Below are positions 18,953 to 27,647 of a stretch of 64,000 bases of DNA, piece after piece. The translations under genes and the position numbers were made by a program. This DNA is from an uncultured Armatimonadia bacterium (lineage in GTDB: Bacteria > Armatimonadota > Zipacnadia > CAVVLO01), in the NCBI GenBank assembly GCA_963749155.1, contig CAVVLO010000001.1, positions 1 through 64,000 of the forward strand, read 5' to 3'. The first letter of the stretch is position 1; the number at the start of each line of letters is the position of its first letter. The notes under the pieces were generated by a model. It had not been told where the DNA came from. It did not search any database and was given only the letters and a program-made list of their open reading frames with translations.

Positions 18953-20977
18953 ATGGTTAGCCTGGGCCGGTCTTCGCTTCTGCTTTGCTGTTTGCTGCTA
19001 GCCTTGTGCGCGCGCGCAAGGGCTGGTTCAGGTTCGCTTTCTGTGGGAACGAGCGAGCTTGGCGTTGCCCTCGATGAGAATCGAGGTTATGCCCTGGCCT
19101 CGGTCTGGGTAGGTGGGGTCGAGTTTCCAGGTGGCGGCGCCTTTCCCTGCTTCACCCTTTATGATGCAACGGGGAAAGAAGAGGCCTTCCGAGCCGATGA
19201 CCCGCGCTGGCAGACGGAAAGCAGGCAGCTAGAACAGGGCGTGAGGATACGCTACACCTGTGAGGGTTTCAGCGCGGATGTCGATTATGAGCTGGCCAAA
19301 GGACTCCTCACCATCACCGCAACGCCGCGTGAGGAAACCAGTCAGAAAGTCAGGTTGCTGTCAGACGGCGGAAGGCTGGTCTCAATACCGGATAGTCTTC
19401 CCGGCGCAGAAGCGACGGGATTCCTCATCAAGCCCCATTGTTCGGGCGAGTTGATACTTTTCCCCCAAGACAAGGAAGTGCGCGAGATTAGCGAGGCCCA
19501 GTCCTGGACTTACCAGGCGAGTTTCTTCGGGCTGGGCTACAACGGTCACGGATTGATTGTGCGCTGTCCCCAGTTCGGCGCGGTCTGGACCGCCGGCACA
19601 GGAGAGGTGAACGGCGAATATTCGCTTTATGGCGGGGTAGCCGCCGATTTCCGGCCTCGTCACGATGATCCGGCCAGGACTACTTACCCCTTCTGGGAGA
19701 TGCCCCTCATCGAGCCGAAGCTCGAACTCCAGCTTGTACCGGTGGCAGATGCCAACGGCGATGGCGTCTTCAACTGGGTGGACGTCGGTGTGACTTATCG
19801 AAGGAAGTTTATCAAGCGCAATCCCCACCTGGACAAGTCAGAGCTGGAATCTGTTGGGGGCAAGATTGATATTGCCGACCAGTTCGAAGGCAATCTCAAT
19901 TATGCGCAGCTCATCGAGCAAATAAGGACGGTAGATTTTGCGAAGCAGCGCTGGTGGCTTGTCGGGACACATACTGCGCCCGGCCGTCATTTCTGCGACC
20001 CACCTTTCACTGACAGTCCTGATGCCAGTCACGATGGACCAGGAGGCTATGACTATTTCGCCTTCAAACGTGATGCGGCTGCTGTGGGGGCGAAGATCGG
20101 CTTGCACGAGATGTTCCAGGACACCAGCCCTTCATGTGGGCCTGGCTGGGACAGTATGCCGCTCAAGCGCTATGAGACGGGCGACCTGGCCGCTACTTTT
20201 GGAGGCGAGTGGAACGGGCGCGACTGGATAGATTATGGCAAAGCCCTGAACGTGATGGTCGCCGACGGAAGCTTCTTCGGTACGCTGGACGCTCATCTGA
20301 AACGCTGGCAAGTGGGCGAAGGGGACACCTGGCACTGGGATGTCCTGACGGCGCAGGGCGGCTCGTCGGACTTTTCGCTCGATCACCCGACAACCCACGG
20401 GGCGGACCTGCGCACGAGGATCGAGATCCTGAAGTACTTCGAGCAGAAGGGTATCTATATGACCAGCGAGGGCCTTCAAGAGGGGCTCTCCGAGCACTGT
20501 GACTTCAGTTATGTCGCGCAAGCCGACCCCTTGTTCAAGAGCCAGTTTGCCGCTGGCGAGGTGGTGCCGTTGATCCCTGTGCTCTTCCAGGGCATGACCT
20601 ATTACTCTCCAGGCTGGGGCAGCACTGCCTGGACCTTGCTGCACGGGGCAAAGGCCCAATGGGAGTCGGTGGCTCCAGCCGACCGCGAGGTGTGGCTGAG
20701 CGCCTATTTTGGGTCCGTGGTTTTCTGGGCACAGATCGCCGACCGCACGGTAAGCAACCTGATAAAGACGCCAAAGGGCTGGGACGTCCACTATACCGAG
20801 GGCGGACGCCTGTTAGTAGACCTGACCAACGAAACGCCGGGCGAGGGGATCATCCTGGAGCTTGAGGGCAAGCGTTATACCCCTGACAATCCGCCCCCTA
20901 GCGTCTCGGGCATAAAAGCCAGGCGAGTCAAAGGCAAGTATGTACCGACCTACCCGCCGGATTGGACTGGCCCCTAG
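18953..20977 (+). CDS. Secreted glycoside hydrolase-like protein, distantly GH101/GH129 (alpha-N-acetylgalactosaminidase)-like
   Basis: ATG 18953 after GGAGG; signal peptide; DANGDGVFNWVDVGVTYR recalls the GH101 DxNxDGxVDWQDGA linker; IGLH..QD, WDV and YMTSEG fit a TIM-barrel GH. Confidence 0.45.
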   Translation: MVSLGRSSLLLCCLLLALCARARAGSGSLSVGTSELGVALDENRGYALASVWVGGVEFPGGGAFPCFTLYDATGKEEAFRADDPRWQTESRQLEQGVRIRYTCEGFSADVDYELAKGLLTITATPREETSQKVRLLSDGGRLVSIPDSLPGAEATGFLIKPHCSGELILFPQDKEVREISEAQSWTYQASFFGLGYNGHGLIVRCPQFGAVWTAGTGEVNGEYSLYGGVAADFRPRHDDPARTTYPFWEMPLIEPKLELQLVPVADANGDGVFNWVDVGVTYRRKFIKRNPHLDKSELESVGGKIDIADQFEGNLNYAQLIEQIRTVDFAKQRWWLVGTHTAPGRHFCDPPFTDSPDASHDGPGGYDYFAFKRDAAAVGAKIGLHEMFQDTSPSCGPGWDSMPLKRYETGDLAATFGGEWNGRDWIDYGKALNVMVADGSFFGTLDAHLKRWQVGEGDTWHWDVLTAQGGSSDFSLDHPTTHGADLRTRIEILKYFEQKGIYMTSEGLQEGLSEHCDFSYVAQADPLFKSQFAAGEVVPLIPVLFQGMTYYSPGWGSTAWTLLHGAKAQWESVAPADREVWLSAYFGSVVFWAQIADRTVSNLIKTPKGWDVHYTEGGRLLVDLTNETPGEGIILELEGKRYTPDNPPPSVSGIKARRVKGKYVPTYPPDWTGP

Positions 20978-21044
20978 GTCGATTTGACCTGGTGAGAGCA
21001 CTGCAAGAGAATGAACCGGACGAATCCGGTCTGGAGGGAAGCAG

Positions 21045-23234
21045 ATGAGCCTGGTCAGGACTGGCGGCACTTCAGGTGGGAAGGGCAACTGGCGACGGCA
21101 GGTCTTGAGGTTGGCAGGTGCTCTCCTGGGAGGACTGGTCTGCCTCTGTGCCCAGTGTGCCCCAGCGGCGGATGAGTCTGTTTCCAGTTCCGCTCCAAAG
21201 GACTGGCTGGACGAGGTGCAAACCTGGTGCATGGTGCCCGTGCTGCCCGAGACCGCACGAGCCCTCCACGTGACAGTAAACGGAGTCTGGGGCGGCATCG
21301 GCGGCATCAATCCTCTGTTAACCCATCGAGAAGTCGTGTCCGAAGTCGAAGCCACTTATGGAGACAACGTCGCAGCTTTCGTAGCCGCCTGCCGAGAGGC
21401 TGGGCTTCTTGTGCCGGGCATTGTTAATGGGATAGAAGGCTTCCTTACGTTGCGCGCCGTCTGGCCTGACCTGGATGAGATGGCCTGCTGGAACGCCGCT
21501 GGCAAACCAGCCCAGGTCAGCGACGAGATGCTCCTGATGTGCGTGAACAACCCCAACTGGCAGCAGTGGGAGCTTGACTGGGGCAAGCGCGCTATCGACG
21601 AGGGGGCCGACCTGGTGATGCTGGATACGCCGATGAGCGCTTCCTTCATCAGCGGTTTTCTCAAAGCGGGATTCTGCCCCCACTGCCTGGCAAATTTCCA
21701 ACAATACCTGGAGAATAAATACACCGAGAAAGAACTCAAAGAACGATTTGGGCTGGAGACCTTCGACCCGCAGAAGGTCATCGCCCTTCTCGCACCGCTG
21801 CAAGACCTCTCTAGCCCAGCGAACCGCCCACACCACAACTCGAGCAAGGAAGATCTGCTGTTTCGCGAGTTCATCTACTGCCAGGAGCAGGCCAGCTTCG
21901 ACACACGCAAGAAATTGCTAAGCGAGTTGCGAGAATATGCGGCTGCCCAGGGGCGGCAGGTGGCTTTCGCGACCAATGCGAGCGATCTGGGTACGGTGAA
22001 TCCCGGCGGCCACTGGGTACGAGCGCTTATGTTCGCGGACCTCGTCGACCTGTTTGTCTATGAGCAAAATCCCGAGCCCGAGGGGATGATGTCCAACCAG
22101 GCGATGAAATATCCTCGTGGCAAAGGGGTGGCTTATCACAAGCTTGCTCAGGCCATCCACCACCGGCGGGCTCCAGCGGTCATCCATGCCAGTCAGATGG
22201 GCGCTGTGCTTGTTGATGTGCTGACCAAAGGCGTCACCACCAACTCGTGGTTCGAGGCGCAGTCGGCCGAGGCATATGCCACTAATGGGGCTTATGTGCA
22301 GTATTACGTTTCGCCCGACAGCGTTAAGCGTCTATTCCTGGAGAAGTGCTGGTCGGGTTCGGCGGAACACGCCAGGTTTGTGCTCTCCCACCGCGACCTG
22401 TATGAGGGAGAGCTGCGCTCTGGCTCGTTGCTCGGGGTGCTATTCCTTTACAATGAGCGTGGTCGAACCATCCCAGGTGTATATCCCTCATATCTGGGCT
22501 TCGCGCAGGGGCTTGCGGAGGGCAACTACCCCTTCGACGTAGTTTTCGCCGGAGACGGTCATTATGTCCAGGACCGACTCGCTGCCAGTGACCTGGCGCC
22601 CTACCGCGTCCTGCTCGTGCCCAGTCCCATCGTGCCGACACCAGGCCAGCAACAGGTGGTCCGAGACTATGTGACCAGTGGTGGTACGGTGGTATGTCAG
22701 GAGCCAGAGGCCCTGGGGCTCTCGGCAGCTCTGGAAGCTCGAGACCCGGATATGCCCACCTGCGTCGAAGGGCAGTTCAGCCTGGGCAAGGGGCAGGTGC
22801 TGGTGCTGCGGGGCGAAGTCTCACCGACCTGGACGGATGACGTGGGTTCGAACTACTTCCGCACTTATGAGCCCAGGTTGCGTGATGAGATCGGTCGTCT
22901 GGCCGAGACACTAGGGCTGGAGCGCGTGCTGCCCGAGCAGTCTGATGGCCTGGTCACTGCCTACCCCTTACTGCAACCTGAACGGCACCGGGTTGTGGTG
23001 CACCTGGTGAACTGTGACATCGATTATGAGCACGATATGGTTAGAGAAAAGCCATCTGTCACTGTGCAGGTTGATGCTCCGAGTTATATGAGAGGCAAGC
23101 TAACGGCGCAACTCTACACAGCAGGTGGATCACTCGAATCGCTGGAGGTGATTCTGGCGGAAGGGCGGTTATCTTGCCTGGTGCCGCGCCTTGGCAGCTA
23201 CGCCTCCCTTGTATTGACCAGTCAGGAACCCTAG
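21045..23234 (+). CDS. Secreted glycoside hydrolase-like protein (TIM barrel + GH42-type trimerisation/class I GATase-like domain)
   Basis: GGAGGG RBS; hydrophobic N-terminus; MCVNNPNW, GADLVMLD, GFCPHCLANF; C-terminal PFDVV..DLAPYRVLLVP..VRDYVTSGGTVV and VVHLVN. Confidence 0.55.
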   Translation: MSLVRTGGTSGGKGNWRRQVLRLAGALLGGLVCLCAQCAPAADESVSSSAPKDWLDEVQTWCMVPVLPETARALHVTVNGVWGGIGGINPLLTHREVVSEVEATYGDNVAAFVAACREAGLLVPGIVNGIEGFLTLRAVWPDLDEMACWNAAGKPAQVSDEMLLMCVNNPNWQQWELDWGKRAIDEGADLVMLDTPMSASFISGFLKAGFCPHCLANFQQYLENKYTEKELKERFGLETFDPQKVIALLAPLQDLSSPANRPHHNSSKEDLLFREFIYCQEQASFDTRKKLLSELREYAAAQGRQVAFATNASDLGTVNPGGHWVRALMFADLVDLFVYEQNPEPEGMMSNQAMKYPRGKGVAYHKLAQAIHHRRAPAVIHASQMGAVLVDVLTKGVTTNSWFEAQSAEAYATNGAYVQYYVSPDSVKRLFLEKCWSGSAEHARFVLSHRDLYEGELRSGSLLGVLFLYNERGRTIPGVYPSYLGFAQGLAEGNYPFDVVFAGDGHYVQDRLAASDLAPYRVLLVPSPIVPTPGQQQVVRDYVTSGGTVVCQEPEALGLSAALEARDPDMPTCVEGQFSLGKGQVLVLRGEVSPTWTDDVGSNYFRTYEPRLRDEIGRLAETLGLERVLPEQSDGLVTAYPLLQPERHRVVVHLVNCDIDYEHDMVREKPSVTVQVDAPSYMRGKLTAQLYTAGGSLESLEVILAEGRLSCLVPRLGSYASLVLTSQEP

Positions 23235-23301
23235 TCCACTTGCTTCTCCCTGCCACCGCCAGATTGCGACAGGGAGACCAGGCACATAAGAAAGGGTGGC
23301 G

Positions 23302-24712
23302 CTAATTGGCTGGCTTGACCCTTCCCGTCACAGCGTAGACATTGGCGCTGCGCAGATAGAAGCGCAGGCGGACTGTCTGCCCGGCGAGTTCGCGCGCTGA
23401 TTTGCCCTCCCAGAGCAAAGGTAAATCAATCTGGTCGGCATTCTGGATGAGACACTTCTCGAACTCGAAGCCCGGTATAACCTGGCCTGCCCCGTCAAGC
23501 AGGGCTGCCATCAGATAGGCCTGATTGCCTGCCAGGGGCTTGTCAGGCGAGGGCACCGCGGCATTCAGGTACAGGTCCGCTTCGGGCATCTCGAAAGCCA
23601 GGGTGGAGAACTCTGCATTGGTCCGCGCTCCCACGAAACTGAGGCGGTCTTCCTTCATCCCCACCAGATGATGAGGGAAGCGGAAAAGCAGCCGGCCATC
23701 GATGAGCAGCGGGTTGTGGGTGATGCGCGCATAGCCGGGAAAGGCGTTACCGAGCGCATTGACCTCGCGGAAGGGTCGCTCCCAGTCCAGCCCCTCGCGC
23801 GCCACCCACCATTCGGTGTCCAGTTGAGGGCCATGCTTGCCAGGCGCCAGTCGAGTGGCGGCATAATTGAGCACCATCATATAGCTACGGTCGTGGTACC
23901 AGAAGCCATTGCCGCTGTAGAACTCCAAATCGGGTGGGTCCTGCTCGTCCGGCAGCGTCAGCAGTTCATCGGGCAGAGGCTTCCAGCGCCCGTCACGATT
24001 CCAGACGTCATCTATGGAGTCGGATGGCTCCCAGTGTCCGCCCGTCCACGCTGGACCGAATCGAAAGCACGCGGCGATAGATACCTCCGTGGTCGGGGAG
24101 ATGCTTGGGCTCGGCCGTGTTCTGGAAGCTCTTGGAGGTCAGCACGAAGCGATGCAGCTTCGGGCTCCAGAAGAGGCTAATGGCGTCGCCATCCCAGAAG
24201 AGTGGATTGCCGGGATTCTCCGTCCAGTTGTGCCCATCAGAACTGAAGAAAGCCATATAACGAAAGCCCGATCTATCAATATTCAGCTTGAGCAGCAGAA
24301 ATTCCTTGGCCTCTGGGTTGTAGGCCATCGCGTGGTTGAAGGTCCACTCGCCCGGCGGGGAATCGTAGACGGTCTCGATATCGTCGAAACTAATCGCATC
24401 GCGCGTCGTGGCATGGATGATGCGCCATTTGTTGTAGGTCTGACCCTCTATTGAGATTGGTTCCTCGTCCAGTATCAGACCGTAGATATCCCAGACGCCA
24501 TCATCTCGGGGGACGCAGCAACTGACCTCGAAGCCTGGGTGGGGGACTTCTTCCATCCGCTCGAGGGAAGTGGCGCCGAAGTGCAGTTTGCCCCAGGTGT
24601 CAGCGACATCCTGCGGGCCTGAGAAGAGCAACTTCAAGGGAACTTGCTGGGGCATTGCAATCACCTGACCAAGTAGAATCATGATTATTACGAGTATGGA
24701 AAGTATTGCCAT
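23302..24712 (-). CDS. Secreted hypothetical protein, probable five-bladed beta-propeller glycosidase-like fold; frameshift at ~24036
   Basis: ATG 24712 after GGAGGGG; signal peptide; Asp-box-like SSDGHNW, SSVDGR(H)W and REGLDW; frame switches to WEPSDS..LPDEQDPPDLEFY; C-terminal GQTVRLRFYLRSANVYA. Confidence 0.6.
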
Positions 24713-24835
24713 ACTGTTCCCCTCCCCAGGAGTAGCTTGCCTGGTGTTGCTCCCTCCTTGTTTTCGATAACAGAGCCTGAGGCCCTACTGTCAGGAGGAA
24801 AACTTGGGGAGATAAGGAGCTTCCCAAACGTCGCA

Positions 24836-24859
24836 CGGCCCGGCGAAATCGCCGGGCCG
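24836..24859 (-). terminator. Perfect inverted repeat downstream of the repeat-protein gene; possible terminator or stabilising hairpin
   Basis: CGGCCCGGCGA-AA-TCGCCGGGCCG, 11-bp perfect stem about 30 nt after the stop at 24891; only a weak U-tract. Confidence 0.5.
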
Positions 24860-24890
24860 CGCTGGACAGTCTACAGATTAGTCTGCGTTG

Positions 24891-25382
24891 TTATCCGGTT
24901 GGTTGACAAGAGCCATCGCGCTTGCGAAGCTGGCTGCCCTGGCCTTGTCCGTTGCCCTGGCCCTGGCCGGAGCCGTCGCGAAGACGCCTCTGCTGGCCGT
25001 TGCCTTGTCCGTTGCCCTGGCCCTGGCCATTGCGGGCCATAAAGGCATCGTCCAGACAGGAGCCATCATGCTTGCGAAGCTGATCGCCCTGGCCTTGCCC
25101 TCTGCCCTGGCCATTGCGGGCCATAAAGGCATCGTCCAGACAGGAGCCATCGCGCTTGCGAAGCTGATCGCCCTGGCCTTGCCCTCTGCCCTGGCCGTTG
25201 CGGGCCATATACAGCGGGGTGGAGCTGTCAAGGCCGGCCAGATCAAGGCAGGAGCCATCTCGGTTCTGATCGCGGATAGCTTTGTCGTTGTCCCAGCCCT
25301 GCCCTGGACCAGCGGCGAAGGCGGTGTTCAGCATCAATCCAAGCAAAACGATGCTGATGAAGATCCCAAAAGTTGCTCTCAT
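24891..25382 (-). CDS. Secreted Gly/Gln-rich repeat protein with recurring RDGSC motifs (163 aa)
   Basis: ATG after GAGGGAGG; signal peptide ending AFA; motifs RDGSC x3, HDGSC and RDGSG separated by GQG tracts. Confidence 0.8.
   Translation of the reverse strand: MRATFGIFISIVLLGLMLNTAFAAGPGQGWDNDKAIRDQNRDGSCLDLAGLDSSTPLYMARNGQGRGQGQGDQLRKRDGSCLDDAFMARNGQGRGQGQGDQLRKHDGSCLDDAFMARNGQGQGNGQGNGQQRRLRDGSGQGQGNGQGQGSQLRKRDGSCQPTG
25020..25210. repeat. Coding tandem repeat, 84-bp unit (28 aa MARNGQGRGQGQGDQLRK[R/H]DGSCLDDAF), about 2.3 near-identical copies plus degenerate copies toward 24900
   Basis: GCGGGCCAT recurs with its CCAT at 25037, 25121 and 25205 (84-nt spacing); copies differ by only a few bases. 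Confidence 0.9.
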
Positions 25383-25466
25383 TGTACTTCCTCCCTCGAA
25401 AGGTGGTTGTTTTGTCTATCAATTGAGAGCTTACCCCTGGTTCCTCTCACCAGCCTCACATCGAAC

Positions 25467-26903
25467 TCATTCTTCGCTCACATCTTCAACGCTCAGCAAA
25501 ATAACCCATACAGTTGCGCCTTCACCCTCGTTGTTCTGGACGCCAACCTGGCCTCCCATAGCCTCTACAAGCGCCTTCACAATGGCTAGCCCAAGGCCAG
25601 TGCCGGCCTCCGATTCTGATTCGGAAGGCTCCTGGCGCGCAAACCGGTCCCATATGTACGGCAGCACGTCGGGGGCGATACCGGGCCCAGTATCAGTTAC
25701 ACCAAGGCGGACTCCCGCCTCATCGCGTCTGGCCCAAATCTTCACGTCGCCTTGAAGTGGAGTGAAGCGCAGCGCATTATCCAGCAGGTTGCGCAACACT
25801 CGATACAGCCCATCTCGGTCGGCCAGCACCTGGGGTATATCAGGGGGTATATCCAGTAAAATCTGGGCACCAGGCATACTGGACTCCGATTTGGTGACTT
25901 CGGCGCAGATTTGAGCAACATCCAGACTTTCCAGCGCAACCGTTGCCCGCCCGGACTCAATGCGCGAAAGATCCAGCAACTCTGTTACAAAGCGCCCGAG
26001 TCTTTTAGCTTCGACCCGTAGCATTGCGATGGCTTCAGGTTGTTCCTCAGGCTGCAACACCCCATCGTGCCAGGCGTCCAGAGTTATTGCCATAGCGCTC
26101 AGTGGTCGGCGCAACTCGTGAGAAGCATCTGCCAGAAAACGTCGCTGGGCTTGTTCAAGTTGTGAGAGCCGAGTATGTTCCAAGCGCAGGTCTTTTATGA
26201 TTGTGTCCAGATGCCTGGCCAGTTCGTTAATTACAAGACGTAGCTCCTCGAACTCGCTGGTCGACTGAGGCGGCAGCTCAACTTTGAAACTGCCACTAGC
26301 CATTTGATGGCCTGCTGTGACTACAGCACTTACTCCCTGAGCAATCTGGCGTATTGACCGGGTAGAGAAGGCAAACCCAACCAGGAAGGACAGTGCAATC
26401 GCTAGTGCGACCAGCAGGTAAGTCATCCCAGCAGCAGTCCTGATTGCTTTCACTCCAAGCCAGGCGACCAGCAATTGAACCTCACCGCTGTCAGTATTCA
26501 CTGCGCGCGCGGCCCATACCACCGGTTCAGCCACCCAGGGCAAAGCACTTGTGCCTTGCAGTTTGCCCTGAGCGAGGACTTCGGGCGCCAAGGCCCAGGG
26601 GGTCTGCAGTTGGGCCTGACCCCGGCCATGCCCCCTGCCTCCTGGATAAGGCTGGCCACTGCCCTGGACAGGCGTACCCTGGGCGTCCAGAGCAATATGT
26701 CCAGCCCGCCCTCGTCCAAGAGAAAAGTAATCTGTCGTCGCTTCTCCCGAGTTCAATTCATCAGCCAGATTATGCGCGGCCATTCGCAGAGCCAACTGGT
26801 CTGTCAGCACTAACAACGCCACCAGCATCAGCAAAGCTGTGACAAGAGCAGCCCAGGTATACTGACGCAGTTGGTAACGGAGCAAGCTTGGCAGCCTAGC
26901 CAT
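25467..26903 (-). CDS. Membrane sensor histidine kinase (HAMP-HisKA-HATPase)
   Basis: Two TM helices; H-box FLADASHELRRPL; N-box NLLDNALRF; DTGPGI; GTGLGLAIVK. Confidence 0.93.
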   Translation of the reverse strand: MARLPSLLRYQLRQYTWAALVTALLMLVALLVLTDQLALRMAAHNLADELNSGEATTDYFSLGRGRAGHIALDAQGTPVQGSGQPYPGGRGHGRGQAQLQTPWALAPEVLAQGKLQGTSALPWVAEPVVWAARAVNTDSGEVQLLVAWLGVKAIRTAAGMTYLLVALAIALSFLVGFAFSTRSIRQIAQGVSAVVTAGHQMASGSFKVELPPQSTSEFEELRLVINELARHLDTIIKDLRLEHTRLSQLEQAQRRFLADASHELRRPLSAMAITLDAWHDGVLQPEEQPEAIAMLRVEAKRLGRFVTELLDLSRIESGRATVALESLDVAQICAEVTKSESSMPGAQILLDIPPDIPQVLADRDGLYRVLRNLLDNALRFTPLQGDVKIWARRDEAGVRLGVTDTGPGIAPDVLPYIWDRFARQEPSESESEAGTGLGLAIVKALVEAMGGQVGVQNNEGEGATVWVILLSVEDVSEE

Positions 26904-27603
26904 CCTGACGCACCTCGAATTTGTAACCGATGCCTCTTACTGTACTTATGTACTGATAGCCATCCTCAGCGACAAGCTTCTGGCGCAGCCGGTTCATAGT
27001 GACATCCAGCGTGTGGTCATCGCCAAAGGACTCCTCTCCCCAGGCCAGGTCGTAAAGCCGCTGTCTGGTGAGCACCCGGCCCGAGTTTTGAGCAAGCGCG
27101 GCAAGTACGGCGAATTCTTTGGCGGTCAGGTTAAGTGGTTGTTCGTTGCGCCAGACACTGAAGCCGACAAGGTCGATGCGCAAGCCAGGGAATACGAGTT
27201 CGTCAGTCGGCTTTCCCGGACGTGTGGCACGTCGAAGCACGGCCTTGACGCGAGCGATTACCTCTAAGGGCTCGAAAGGTTTGACTATGTAGTCATCTGC
27301 GCCCAGGTCAAGCCCCATAAGACGATCCGGTACATCGCTTCGGCCAGTAAGCATTATGACCGGTTGGTCAGGATTGCTACCCTGGCGGATCCGCCTGAGG
27401 ATAGACCAACCATCGATATCGGGAAGATTCACATCGAGAAGCACGAGGTCTGGTTGCTTTTCCTCCAGTTGCTCCAGTCCAACCTGCCCTGTAGAGGCGG
27501 TCAGCATCTCAATCTGTTCGCGCTCGAAATAACGAGGGAGCAGGACGCGTATTCTGGAATCGTCCTCAATCAGCAGTACGGTGATTTTAGACAGCTGAGA
27601 CAC
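26896..27603 (-). CDS. OmpR/PhoB-family response regulator
   Basis: VLLIEDD, DLVLLDVNLPDIDG, GADDYIVKPF; winged helix LTAKEF..LRQKL..TVRGIGYKF; start chosen at GTG 27603 (uncertain by a few codons). Confidence 0.93.
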   Translation of the reverse strand: MSQLSKITVLLIEDDSRIRVLLPRYFEREQIEMLTASTGQVGLEQLEEKQPDLVLLDVNLPDIDGWSILRRIRQGSNPDQPVIMLTGRSDVPDRLMGLDLGADDYIVKPFEPLEVIARVKAVLRRATRPGKPTDELVFPGLRIDLVGFSVWRNEQPLNLTAKEFAVLAALAQNSGRVLTRQRLYDLAWGEESFGDDHTLDVTMNRLRQKLVAEDGYQYISTVRGIGYKFEVRQDG

Positions 27604-27647
27604 CCCCTGTTCTGAGCATTTAGTCAGAGCCGGCAGGGCCTGACCTT

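Noticed and set aside
24900..25210. Direct repeats considered as a CRISPR array
   Set aside because: Units are contiguous 84-bp in-frame coding repeats without unique spacers; no cas genes in the window.
24888..25589. 233-aa Ala/Leu-rich plus-strand ORF that looks like a membrane repeat protein
   Set aside because: Reverse-complement reading of the GQG repeats; the minus-strand ORF has the RBS, signal peptide and operon context.
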